NCBI GenBank assembly: GCA_017995275.1
Contig: JAGOJE010000001.1
Location: 1 to 29,607 of the forward strand
Length of the DNA stretch: 29,607 bases
Reading direction: 5' to 3'
From: Rickettsiaceae bacterium
Lineage (GTDB): Bacteria > Pseudomonadota > Alphaproteobacteria > Rickettsiales > Rickettsiaceae
Below are positions 8,901 through 16,800 of this stretch, in pieces. The translations under genes were made by a program, and so were the position numbers. The stretch's first letter is position 1. The number at the start of each line of letters is the position of its first letter. Under the pieces are notes generated by a model that saw only the letters and a list, made by a program, of their open reading frames with translations, had not been told where the DNA came from and searched no databases.

Positions 8901-9131
8901 AGGCCTAAACTCTACACTATCATTATTCCCCGGATATAAAGTAGATGGGGCTTCTGAGGCGGATGGACCTAATGAACTCTCTGATGGTTCTTTTTTTTTT
9001 ACAGAATCCGTTTTAACAATATCGGAAAAGTCAAACTCTTCATTTCCCGAATTGCTTATAGTAGGTTCAGATTTAACTATATCAGAAAAATCGAACTCTT
9101 CTTCTGTTTCTTTATTTTTATTCTGATCCAT
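2973..9131 (-). CDS. Large polyvalent virion cargo/ejection protein: N-terminal repeats, TPRs, LPD23-like module, HExxH zincin metallopeptidase, helical C-terminal DNA-transfer-type region
   Basis: 2052 aa. About 3 TPR-like repeats (~8240-8595; AYNGIAYVYGTSGNNFMAIDALDRGIENNP, LYLNRGTYKL). IFLATGWERGTDGSWNYELPD (LPD23-like) is followed by LYKAYPEI...LFTHELEHIVQDKEGFAKGG...LSGEVQAR (HELEH at 5475-5489). The C-terminal FRYNNMLSNPLS and PYSVRIGDTWVP motifs are typical of podoviral internal virion proteins. Last gene of the cargo cluster. Confidence 0.8.
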   Translation of the reverse strand: MDQNKNKETEEEFDFSDIVKSEPTISNSGNEEFDFSDIVKTDSVKKKEPSESSLGPSASEAPSTLYPGNNDSVEFRPYKQKALRVIKKVPLPDNDAPENSVDKVVKEATPLFTSWANDPSLFDLAADKSRNDFYQKLLRERKVSVQEEGVIKDKLEDVFNNARQVMLVSKKLKENPADIDSRYSLAYHQNRMGNNKEALANYESIIANDKNYTNAYNGIAYVYGTSGNNFMAIDALDRGIENNPTDASLYLNRGTYKLRVKDDVSALKDYETAYKMAELSGDKNLMQEATLKRVQTWRNLERSQDKDIAQKYIDLLDNKDGQDDKTIDKEYFKEQADAETENYLKLAKENKKAAIEQEKHIRESILPKIQKGEPLTEQEQKMWESPSLASAELKGLERGLAIGEAMDELLKPLDYSAVVSHPIDSAKEYVGKAGETIKEGLSRTGNGFKDIAQGAERSLVDPKEGFSQVGLGFLKSAAGLLESAGGIIMNFTPQGILFQKGMQLSGVALGGEEIVNQLLTPMNSLFKPKGEAGKLGAEVIDNILQDFLVFASGRGIKYAKDLIKKIKDKKGLTQKDVSTIVEAGSMLDDEAVYDIAEKNGLEVNLNKVEEAGGISDGTGASSAELINQKAYSIKESLKSIRPDLKEIIDEVPTDKVISDMNDRGMPISKSAMAKYFDKVKIGEINVKELSIEEKKRFDELSSMDPDFMTDEQFKELEALKIKKEPARVESERSVFDEPANPPIENSALPKGNTQELSGGSLYKNSEIPVEKRKAIDDVYEKPTIDFANELIDSGLFNSAGQILDWRADLSLSTAEITKGLNDIKKGVNSVPARKIIEAAKDIQDKGEINTIIGRGGNTVRSGIPLDEYFKAVKEKPMPEELEAMDIEKANNIKDHTASVINNEGINKDNFDTFVKENDWLYTPEEINRIKTYLDETTERERAGDAQSQTTPLESEPVGAAEVKDEGQAIRERAKTAREELRTASNEWWNEQQKLGIIAGKKGAWESAKTDLRVLDATYKYAKAQIELGAYTVEKFIKDMYDEFKIVFTNKDAENIFNKIEGVNDKTENGAAAKLGIAKVMESTGVGSRKIFLATGWERGTDGSWNYELPDGDFKNIHNVVHLMLNPDGKDYNITDLFDAEDLYKAYPEIKNVNIKFIFDEKNKNEEAVYIKERASNKETIQINTAKFQTNFSKVGEGDILGRTNNLRGVRRLFTHELEHIVQDKEGFAKGGTPYNFDPELYKELAQKHGLLNKGLSEDQIKYELYRKLSGEVQARNAAYRLDLTNEEKANRPFSNTQEIGPAEQILSFADAGAYSQATSPESYNKLLDHTVNSIKEAIKDSDNKELEKNKVIDNIRNTRLYKQLSGEPDFNESTFLADIEEKIGGEKLTFENAKTKADEYIDDSKESKKRKFIQTVLGSDKTTEELKGATKELDQFYEGISNKESIAKADRDIKANITQAEKDVFEAKGLDANVAVKGIRLIKHHESLGNWEEAVKIVDHLTTMGKKAGQGIQAFTLWNKLSPETIVKMSDKMMNEVNKQDLPKEVKKTIFKKMSDIGKMPEGVDKTEATMGVLNYIADQIPPTFKEKFDAFRYNNMLSNPLSHARNIYQGLFNTFLTRPLDMFAGSVYDYTKHPDNPSAREYQLADAPKHIVSALTNIPNAWMAAKESFKKGYVADRILDVGEPKGMIEDFRRSKTLRKYSAPTRLMESEDVFISTMLGQAEKTRLMDKGMSEKEANNKAKSLSEKFLYRNRALLNKEEMDVFSKGLENGAEAINKWRSRKDWVGYGTSWFVPFVMTPMRATQFALEFSPLGFAGGKFSKQKIARATLGSVAMGIGAMMAATDKTTWSAPEDKKERALFYDSGRKPYSVRIGDTWVPMQYFGPFGLSMAIPAAYKHHFKDSKEALNNNALDALGKATYGMGKFILETTPLANVGGMFKVLDGEGDYTLMNQIGFSSKQLIPYQGLIGYINKWKDKKYRKANGFFESLEKDIPFLSDDLDVYKTSDNKDAERGFESVLLPYATGANEPSMENKMIKRRKVVQQKSVNNQSEK
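9012..9101 (-). repeat. Tandem peptide repeat EEFDFSDIVK x2 at the cargo protein N-terminus
   Basis: aa 11-20 and 31-40 are identical, 60 nt apart, and differ only at synonymous positions. Confidence 0.9.
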
Positions 9132-10546
9132 TATTTGAACTTAGATAGTATTTGTTGTAACTCTTCTTTACTTGGCTCCCGTTTAAACTTGCTCTTGAAG
9201 GCGGATAATGCTTTCTTTTGCCTTTCACTATAGCCGTTATTTTGATTTTTGCTTTTAAATAAAGATTCGAGATTTCGACCAATAGTTCCTTCCAATTTCG
9301 TTTTGTTGAAATTGTCTTTTAAAGGGGCGAAGTCAAAATTAAATTTATTCGGGTCTTGTCTATACTGTTCTTCATACCATTTATTTTTATCAAACTCGCT
9401 CATATCTTCCCACCCTTCAGGCTTTACCATATTAGGATCGGGAACTGCAACCTCCATAAACAGTTCACCTGTTTTTTTATCTTTTAATAAGGCCCCTGTT
9501 GGCTTGCCATGAATAGAATAGTCATTCTGATTTTTATAAACATCAACCGGCATCATACCTCCGCCAACCCTGGTTATCGTCTTTTCCGTAAAATCCCTCG
9601 CTCCAAGTCCTATTATTTTTCTTTTGACATCCTGCTCATTATCTCCTACTATATACTTCTCCCTGGCTTTATCCATAGAAGATTTAGCGTTGCTTGATGG
9701 AAGGTTTGAAACTGTTTTATCAACAGAATTTTTATATGCTTCAAAAAAAATATTATCAAACTCATCAGCAGTAAAGCCTTGATCCATCGCTATTTCTTTA
9801 GCCCCAATATAGGCTTGGTTAGAATTTTTAAATGCCACCCATCCGGTTTGTATTGCTTCCGGAGAAGAAGTTAATGTTCGTACATCATGCCCGTTAACAT
9901 TCGCTGCTTTCAAAAGATCATCGGTAAGTTTTTTTGCAGACGACTGTAAAGCGGGTAAAAAATCTTTAGGGGTTACTTTGGCCGTAAGCAATCCTGTAGT
10001 ATATCCACCATCAATGGGAATTAGATCGGGGTCTAACCCTTTCTCTCTTACCATTTCTTCCTGTACTTTTCTTAGTTCAGCACTTTTACCGGACTTTATG
10101 GCATTTGCCCATTTTTCATTTACATTATATTTATCAGTCTTTGCCGCCATATTAGCATCCTCGATAATGCGCTTAGTATAAACTTTGTATTTACCGATAT
10201 TGGCGTTGACATTGTATAGTTTATTCATCAACTCAGAATCCGTTCTTGGATTATAAGAATCGTTTTCCCTCCATTTTTTTTGAGTATAGTCAACTAGCTC
10301 TGCCACATCTACTTTTATTTCATCGGCATAATCTCCCCATAAATCCTTGCTATCCACAAATACATTGTTCATCTTGTCATAGAACTCATCTTTCTTCTTT
10401 TCACGATTTAATCTTTCCTGCCTGATACGGCCGGCCTCTCTTTCCAGGTAAGCATCTTCCGACCTCATTGTTTGCAGCATTTCAGGCACATAATCCCTAT
10501 GCGTATCCTGCAACCCTATTGCCTGTCCTAATGATGGTCCTGTCAT
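9131..10546 (-). CDS. Middle cargo/ejection protein (helical, charged)
   Basis: The track begins at TTG 10573 inside the upstream gene. ATG at 10546 (MTGPSLGQAIG), after AACTATTTAAAAAC, is more plausible (471 aa). TAATG overlap with the 2052-aa gene. Position and size fit a middle ejection protein. Confidence 0.65.
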   Translation of the reverse strand: MTGPSLGQAIGLQDTHRDYVPEMLQTMRSEDAYLEREAGRIRQERLNREKKKDEFYDKMNNVFVDSKDLWGDYADEIKVDVAELVDYTQKKWRENDSYNPRTDSELMNKLYNVNANIGKYKVYTKRIIEDANMAAKTDKYNVNEKWANAIKSGKSAELRKVQEEMVREKGLDPDLIPIDGGYTTGLLTAKVTPKDFLPALQSSAKKLTDDLLKAANVNGHDVRTLTSSPEAIQTGWVAFKNSNQAYIGAKEIAMDQGFTADEFDNIFFEAYKNSVDKTVSNLPSSNAKSSMDKAREKYIVGDNEQDVKRKIIGLGARDFTEKTITRVGGGMMPVDVYKNQNDYSIHGKPTGALLKDKKTGELFMEVAVPDPNMVKPEGWEDMSEFDKNKWYEEQYRQDPNKFNFDFAPLKDNFNKTKLEGTIGRNLESLFKSKNQNNGYSERQKKALSAFKSKFKREPSKEELQQILSKFK

Positions 10547-10560
10547 GTTTTTAAATAGTT

Positions 10561-11229
10561 TTATAGTCCCCAATTACTAATGTCATTGCTATACTTAGAA
10601 GGATTCAATGGATCCTCTCCAATAATATTGCTACCTTCTATCTGGTTGCTTTGGTTCCTTGAACCGCTAAAAGCAGCTTGCATACCTAAAGCACCTAATC
10701 CACCAATAGCATTATTAATATTTGTTTGTTGCTGGCGCAACGCATTTCCATAAGCGTTTTCAAGTTGAAATCTCCTTTGTATCCTAACTTCATCATTCAT
10801 CCTTTTAATGTCTTGCAACCTGCCTGCTATCTGATCGGCGTACTGTATCTTTTCTTGTTTAAGTCTGGCACCTTGTGCTGCCAATTGATTAATAGCACCG
10901 ATACTGTCTGAATTATCCATAGCATTGATAACGCCGGCTATCTGCCCTCCTCCAACATCTTTAGCAGCCTGCAATCTTGTATTCTGAGTTCTTGATAAAT
11001 CCTGACTAAATGCTGCTTTTTCCTCTCCTGAAAAACCAAAGCCGGCATTGCCTTCTGCTCTTGCATAAGCATTTCTTAGCTCAGGGGATATACCAAACTC
11101 AGGCATGGGTTGAGAATTAAGTTCTGCCAAAGCCTTCTTCGCTTTATTCTTTTCTGCTATGCTATTTCCGATTTGGTAAAGCTGAGCGGCGGCAGATATT
11201 CCTAGTCCTATGGGTACTAATGGTGGCAT
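10561..11229 (-). CDS. Small cargo/DNA pilot-like ejection protein
   Basis: 222 aa, Ala/Gly/Gln-rich. Hydrophobic Gly-Ala helices at the N-terminus (PLVPIGLGISAAAQL) and near the C-terminus (AIGGLGALGMQAAF) fit the first, membrane-penetrating ejection protein of podoviruses. Confidence 0.7.
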   Translation of the reverse strand: MPPLVPIGLGISAAAQLYQIGNSIAEKNKAKKALAELNSQPMPEFGISPELRNAYARAEGNAGFGFSGEEKAAFSQDLSRTQNTRLQAAKDVGGGQIAGVINAMDNSDSIGAINQLAAQGARLKQEKIQYADQIAGRLQDIKRMNDEVRIQRRFQLENAYGNALRQQQTNINNAIGGLGALGMQAAFSGSRNQSNQIEGSNIIGEDPLNPSKYSNDISNWGL

Positions 11230-11292
11230 ATTAATATGTATAAGTTTTATTTATAAACAAAATCGTTCTATATGTAAATGTGCTATAGTACA

Positions 11293-11967
11293 TTATATCA
11301 AAGTATTTCTTGAAACAATTAATCCGTTCATAAGCGCTGCTATCTCATGCCTGTTTTGCATAAAATCATTCAATACATCTTCTCCTATAATTTTACCTCT
11401 TTGCTCTACCCATGTTTTATTCCACATTTCTGTTTGAAAGTTTGTATACTCTTCTTTAAACATCATGGAAAATTGATAGCAGGCATAGTTCATCAAGGCC
11501 CTCTCATATCTTTTATAAATGAGTGTTCTTCCAAACTCGTCTACATTAAGCCCTATATAAGCTATATCAGCCTTTGTAAAAGTCACATCTGAGTTAAAAT
11601 GAATAAACCCTTTATTTATCTGAAAGCCTTCTCTGTAATCAATGCAGCCGGTTGTGCCGCAATTATTTTTATGTAAATATTTTACATCGGCATAAACCAT
11701 GTCATATACATTAGTAGTTGTATCCGAGCATATCGGCCTCAATCCTAATATCCTTACAAAACCTTTTGGAAGTGCAGCTACGTGATCGCATACATCAATA
11801 CAACATTGCTTCTTAACCAATTGAGATGAACAATCTAAATGATCTAATGCCTCAGATATAAATACTTCAAGCGTATCATCATGCTCTGTGGTAGTAGCTA
11901 TCCGCAATTGCATTTTAGCACGTGCAATTACTTCGTCAATCAATATTTCTTCATACCTTCCTGTCAT
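11293..11967 (-). CDS. Tail ring/tubular protein (P22 gp4-like adaptor fold; crAss ring-1 type)
   Basis: 224 aa with IDEVIARAK...FISEAL...ALPKGFVRI...FQINKGFIHFN...IAYIGLNVDE...YERALMNY. This helix, beta-sandwich, helix pattern matches crAss-like ring proteins. Confidence 0.75.
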   Translation of the reverse strand: MTGRYEEILIDEVIARAKMQLRIATTTEHDDTLEVFISEALDHLDCSSQLVKKQCCIDVCDHVAALPKGFVRILGLRPICSDTTTNVYDMVYADVKYLHKNNCGTTGCIDYREGFQINKGFIHFNSDVTFTKADIAYIGLNVDEFGRTLIYKRYERALMNYACYQFSMMFKEEYTNFQTEMWNKTWVEQRGKIIGEDVLNDFMQNRHEIAALMNGLIVSRNTLI

Positions 11968-12614
11968 TGTGCATATATTTCATTGTCCTTATTATCTTGT
12001 TTTTTATCAGCCGGCCTGGCTACTTCGTTCATAAGAATGCCTGACACCTGTTGTTTTACAAGGGCTAAAGAATTTCCATCTATAGGATATATATCTACAT
12101 CAATATTATAAGTAGGCAATAAACTTGGCTTTGAAAAAATAGCATCTACCCTCATTGATTTAATATTCTTATCTCCATATAACTCTAATAATCCATCGGA
12201 ATATAGGCATCTGACAACCCCTCCCGTAGACACGTCTTTTTGTTTACTAATTCTGTGTTTATTTCTGTTAGACAATTCAGCCCTTGATGCTGCTTTTCTG
12301 TAAGCACAATTACCTTTTATGTGCCCGGCATACATCAATCCATCTGTTTTATTATCAAGCGAAATAGTAGAGGGAATAGAAAATTTTACACAACAATCCT
12401 CGTCCTGCAACTCTTGTTGAAAGTCCGGGAAATACTGCTGGGTCCATACGGATTGAATTCTCCTTTCTTTTGAGAAAATGGCTTTTAAAACCACTTCTCT
12501 TGCCTCATGAATAAGTTGATATATATGTTCATTGGATAGCTTAGAATCGGATATAGATACGCCTCCCTGAACCATCTTCCTTATTGCATCTGCTATTTTA
12601 GGTAGTGTTTCCAA
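11964..12614 (-). CDS. Tail ring protein (crAss ring-2 type)
   Basis: 216 aa, TTG start. Motifs SDSKLSNEHIYQLIHEAR and VDAIFSKP...YPID fit crAss-like ring proteins. ATGA overlap with the next ring gene. Confidence 0.7.
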   Translation of the reverse strand: METLPKIADAIRKMVQGGVSISDSKLSNEHIYQLIHEAREVVLKAIFSKERRIQSVWTQQYFPDFQQELQDEDCCVKFSIPSTISLDNKTDGLMYAGHIKGNCAYRKAASRAELSNRNKHRISKQKDVSTGGVVRCLYSDGLLELYGDKNIKSMRVDAIFSKPSLLPTYNIDVDIYPIDGNSLALVKQQVSGILMNEVARPADKKQDNKDNEIYAQ

Positions 12615-12630
12615 AATTTCAATGTATATA

Positions 12631-12662
12631 CAAAATTAATGTTTATTAATCAAATTATACAA
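12631..12662 (-). promoter_or_regulatory. Possible internal Bacteroidota promoter TTG-N21-TAATTTTG
   Basis: The 57-nt AT-rich gap contains TAATTTTG (12638-12631), with TTG 21 nt upstream, 16 nt before the TTG start. Confidence 0.45.
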
Positions 12663-12671
12663 TAAAGTATA

Positions 12672-13808
12672 TCAATCTTTTTTATTCTTTTCTTCATGTC
12701 CTTCACTCACCTGCATGGAATCAAACTCCCTTGTCTCTTCAAAAAATAATGTGGCAGCTCGGTTCAGTATAACGTAAATAAAGTTCATAGAGTATTTTGT
12801 CTCAAGATCGATGGTTGTATTGGTGGGGTCTATATAGGTTATGTCATTGCTGATATAATCTATTTTAGCCTCCATGCATATCTGGTCGGAAGGCATTGTT
12901 TTTATAAAATACTCTCCCCTTTCAAACTTGGGTTCATGAATGCTTGGTTTGTCATAAGGAGAAACTTTGGCATTAGAGAAATAAGGAGTAGTCGCTTTAT
13001 AAACCGCCCTCAAAGCAATACCACCTCCTGCATATTTGCCATTACTTACAACCCCATTTAGCAGATTGACATCATGATACAATTCATATTTTGTCACTCC
13101 TATTTTTTTAACATAAAATTCACCGTTCGCATTCGGCAGTCCCATTATGCCAATATTTCTTATAATATCTCCTGTCTTTATATTATTGTTTCTTGAGCTA
13201 AGCGTTATAACAATAGGCTGAGCATCGCTTGCATCCACTATTTTTGCTCCTTGTATAACCTCATAATATTTCAATTGAATAGCCAGAAGGTGCAGGTAGT
13301 CTTCTATCATTTTAGGATTAGAAAATCCGTTGCTATACATAGTGGTTCCGCTATGTTTTACTATGGCCCCTGTATTCGCTGTATGGATTAGCCCTGTTGA
13401 ATTGTGCGCTATCGTGAACTGCTTATCTCCCGTTACTGTTACGGTATAACTTATATTATTAATAGCCGACATTGTCCCTGCTACTTTATCAATATATATA
13501 AAATCCCCTGTAATAAGATTATTGGTCGTCTTTGTATTAACAATAGTAGGGTTGCCGGGAACTATAGTGGTTATTGAAATAGGGGCATGACAAATAGCAT
13601 TATTATTTACGTAAAATGTTTTGTTTGTTTTTATAAGAGAATCAATGTTGTCATAACTATGCTGAGCACTCAGATTCTTATATATATCTTCTATAGACAG
13701 TATAAGAGCCTTTTTAAAAAGCTCCTTTTGCTCTGCATCTGTGTAGTATTGAGAGAAAGATTTATTTATCTGTCTTTCAAACTCAAGTTTTAATTCGGCA
13801 CCGGTCAT
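12672..13808 (-). CDS. Tail ring protein (crAss ring-3/4 type) with two inserted FCCH-like beta domains
   Basis: 378 aa. The N-terminus MTGAELKLEFERQINK...YYTDAEQKELFKKA and C-terminus ILNRAATL are ring-type. Inserts at ~13360-13575 and ~13020-13245. Confidence 0.7.
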   Translation of the reverse strand: MTGAELKLEFERQINKSFSQYYTDAEQKELFKKALILSIEDIYKNLSAQHSYDNIDSLIKTNKTFYVNNNAICHAPISITTIVPGNPTIVNTKTTNNLITGDFIYIDKVAGTMSAINNISYTVTVTGDKQFTIAHNSTGLIHTANTGAIVKHSGTTMYSNGFSNPKMIEDYLHLLAIQLKYYEVIQGAKIVDASDAQPIVITLSSRNNNIKTGDIIRNIGIMGLPNANGEFYVKKIGVTKYELYHDVNLLNGVVSNGKYAGGGIALRAVYKATTPYFSNAKVSPYDKPSIHEPKFERGEYFIKTMPSDQICMEAKIDYISNDITYIDPTNTTIDLETKYSMNFIYVILNRAATLFFEETREFDSMQVSEGHEEKNKKD

Positions 13809-13810
13809 TT

Positions 13811-16800
13811 TTATTTATTTATTAATCGTGATGATCCACTATATTTTACTATGATATTTACAAGTCTTTGATAAACCCCTACTTCAAAAAGCATCTTCAC
13901 CTTCATCCACCTTCCCTTTAATCTGGAAGTCCTCATATTATTTTTACTAAGGATATTAGAAGATGAAAAGGTTGAATTATTTTTTATGGCAGATTCAAAA
14001 TAATCTTCCACACTCCTCATTTCATTACTGTCTAAATAGCTTTCTTCCGTCTGCGTTTTAAACAACAACTTCAGTGGTATGATGTCCGAGAGCACACGAA
14101 GGGCTTCAAACCAAACGGTGCCTTCCTGTACATTATTAACAACTCCTTCTATATGCCCCCTTTCTGTTTGTGAGATGCCTGAGTTTTCATACCATGTAAG
14201 CTCTGTTCCTATCCTTTCTTCATATACATATGATACAGGATTAATGGGTCTTGGAGTTAAGTAAGTGTTTTGCCATTTCAAATAAATATTTGGTTTAGGC
14301 GTTAAAAAGCAGGTAAAACCTTTTTTAGCTTCGCTGTAAACAATAGAATAATAGTTAGCCGCCTTTCCATCACTTGCTTTCTTCCAGAAATTATAACATA
14401 TATCGGGCTGTCTGTCAAAGTTGCCGGCAGTCACAAGCGATTCATAAGCATCCCCTATCTCTTGAAAAGGATCCGCACTTACCTGTTCTATAGATAAAAT
14501 AACGGCAGACTGCCCACTCGTTCCTCCGGTTATGGTTTCTCCTACTACAAACGTTCCTGTTATGGTTCCCCCTATTGCTAATGTTTCCACATCATTAGTA
14601 GACTGCATGGTCCCTGTAGCGCCACTCGTTCCGCCCGTCACTGTTTCATTTAAAGTAAATAAACCTGTAGCAGAAGAAAATTTTACTATCAAATAATTTC
14701 CTTTCTTATAAAATACTACAGTGCCTTCCGGATAACCAATGGAGAAAGCAAAAGTAGATGTAAGCTCATTTTTTGCTTTTATGGTCCATATAGCCTCCCC
14801 CTTTCTGTCATACCAAACTCCGCATATACCTCTTCCATTCACAGGATTATCTTTATCTTTTACCCATGTAAGATTATTTGCAAAAAAAGATTTCATGCCT
14901 CGTATATCCGATAGCGTAGCGGTTCCATCGGCGGCAAGTCTTAGGCTTTTTCTGTTAATACTGTCTATCCAATAGGCTGTATCATTCCCTCCTTCACTTT
15001 TCCCTATGATAACACTCCACTTATGTGAGCATCCGTAATTAGTTATGGTAACACCATCTCTGCTCATTACGCTTCCATCACCAACAAGAATATCTGAATT
15101 AGAAGTTTTTAGCGTACCTCTTGTATTGAAATATTGTCTTTGATTTTTTTTAGGCTGTAATGTTAAAAGTTCACCATTGAAAGGAATATGGTTTGTTATT
15201 TGACCATCTGATAAATCCAGATCATGCCTGCTTAATGGTAAAAATGTCCTCCATCCATCCTGGCTGCTTCCTGCATTCTTTATCTCCGAATAGATAATCG
15301 TGGCCGGAAGACTTGAATTGTTGTCAATGTTGGGGTCAAAAGCTATGTCTGTCTTAACTTGGTTACGTATGGTATACCCTGAGTTATAATCTCCGTCCAA
15401 ATCCCCACTGGTCTGTAGCCAATCCGCCTTGCTGCATTCGGGATATATAAGAGTTTGAGATGAGCGTTTATTCCTCATCTGATAGTTTAACCTCGTTTGA
15501 CAATAGAAGGCAATTCCTCCTCCAAATCCACTTATCCCTTGCGATCCATCTGCTGGTTCCCTATGGTTGTAATAGAATAATTCTGTAAAAGTATCTCCGC
15601 CAAAAACATTTGATTCCTGGTATCTAGGAGACGAAATTGCTATGCTGCTGAAATGGCCAGTACTTACATATTTCGTTGTCTCCTTGTTCCCATACTTATT
15701 TGTCAGCGGTCTGTAATATTGTGTATAGTAACCACCATAATCACTATAAATACTTTCGTTATTAAAAGAAGAGTTGGATCTTATTACAAGTGATTTCCTT
15801 GTATAGGTTTTGTTATTAATTATAGTAGACTGCCTTACTAATATTATTACTTTATAAAAAGTTATTCCTGAAAAGAGATGTAAACTGCCCGGGCCCATCA
15901 ATAAACAATCTGCAACCGGTACTAATGCTGGAGGCGATGCTTGCGTTTTAATGGTTGTTCCACTGTAGCATCTCATATTGGCTTGAATCTCCCCTGCTGT
16001 TTTTAGAATATTATTAGTTGTAGAATAGGTATATGGATTTCCATAATTATATATATAATCTCCACTAGAATAAGATATGTTTACGCCTCCATAAAGAATC
16101 TCCGGACTGTATAACGATATAAAGTTCCTGTTAGCGGCCCAGGCGTTTCCTGGATAAGTAGGGTTATTACCTGCGGAGCTTCCATTAACATTACTTCTTC
16201 CTGATACAAAAGGGTACTCCCCAATATCGGTAGAAACGGTTCCGCCTATATACCCTAAAATATTATCACTTGGGGCACTGGTTCCCGTTTGTCCTACAAA
16301 ATCTGTTCCCCAAACTGAAGCTATGCTTAATCCACAGGCAAGTATTTCAGGAACACATTCTGCTCTTTTAAAGCGTATAGCATCATACAAATCACGTATT
16401 TTAAATCCATCAATGATATAATCATTATCCCACTGAAATGCAATGGTGGTAGAATAAACGCCTTCTATGTATCCTGCCATAGAAAGAGAAGTAAGATCAA
16501 ACGAGGGCAATCCGGACAATCTTCTCCCGTCCGCAGTAGTAGCATTGCAATTAAAAGTTATATCATCTACCCAAAAACTTTTAGTCCATAAGCCTGTAAG
16601 CCTATCCCTTAGCTCACATGAAAATCGATAAGTCTCATTATCCATATACCCTACCTTTGCATTTACAATATGTGGATCTTGGTATTCTCCGTATTTTAAT
16701 GAGCCATCTACAGCATCCACCGTAGCTGGTATTGGGTATTTTTCGAGGCTGTGTTTTATAGAAGCAGCAAAGGCGGACAAATCCCTTTCCTGCAACAAGG

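Noticed and set aside
2973-9131. Virion RNA polymerase call for the 2052-aa protein, based on position and size
   Set aside because: No DxDxD catalytic motif was seen, and the recognisable parts are TPR, LPD23-like/zincin and ejection-type regions.
11292-11305. TACTTTGATATAAT at the end of the ring-1 gene, resembling TACTTTTGATATAAT at 25597-25611
   Set aside because: It lacks one T so it does not form TAnnTTTG, it is constrained by coding (N-T-L-I-stop), and it is plausibly a chance match.
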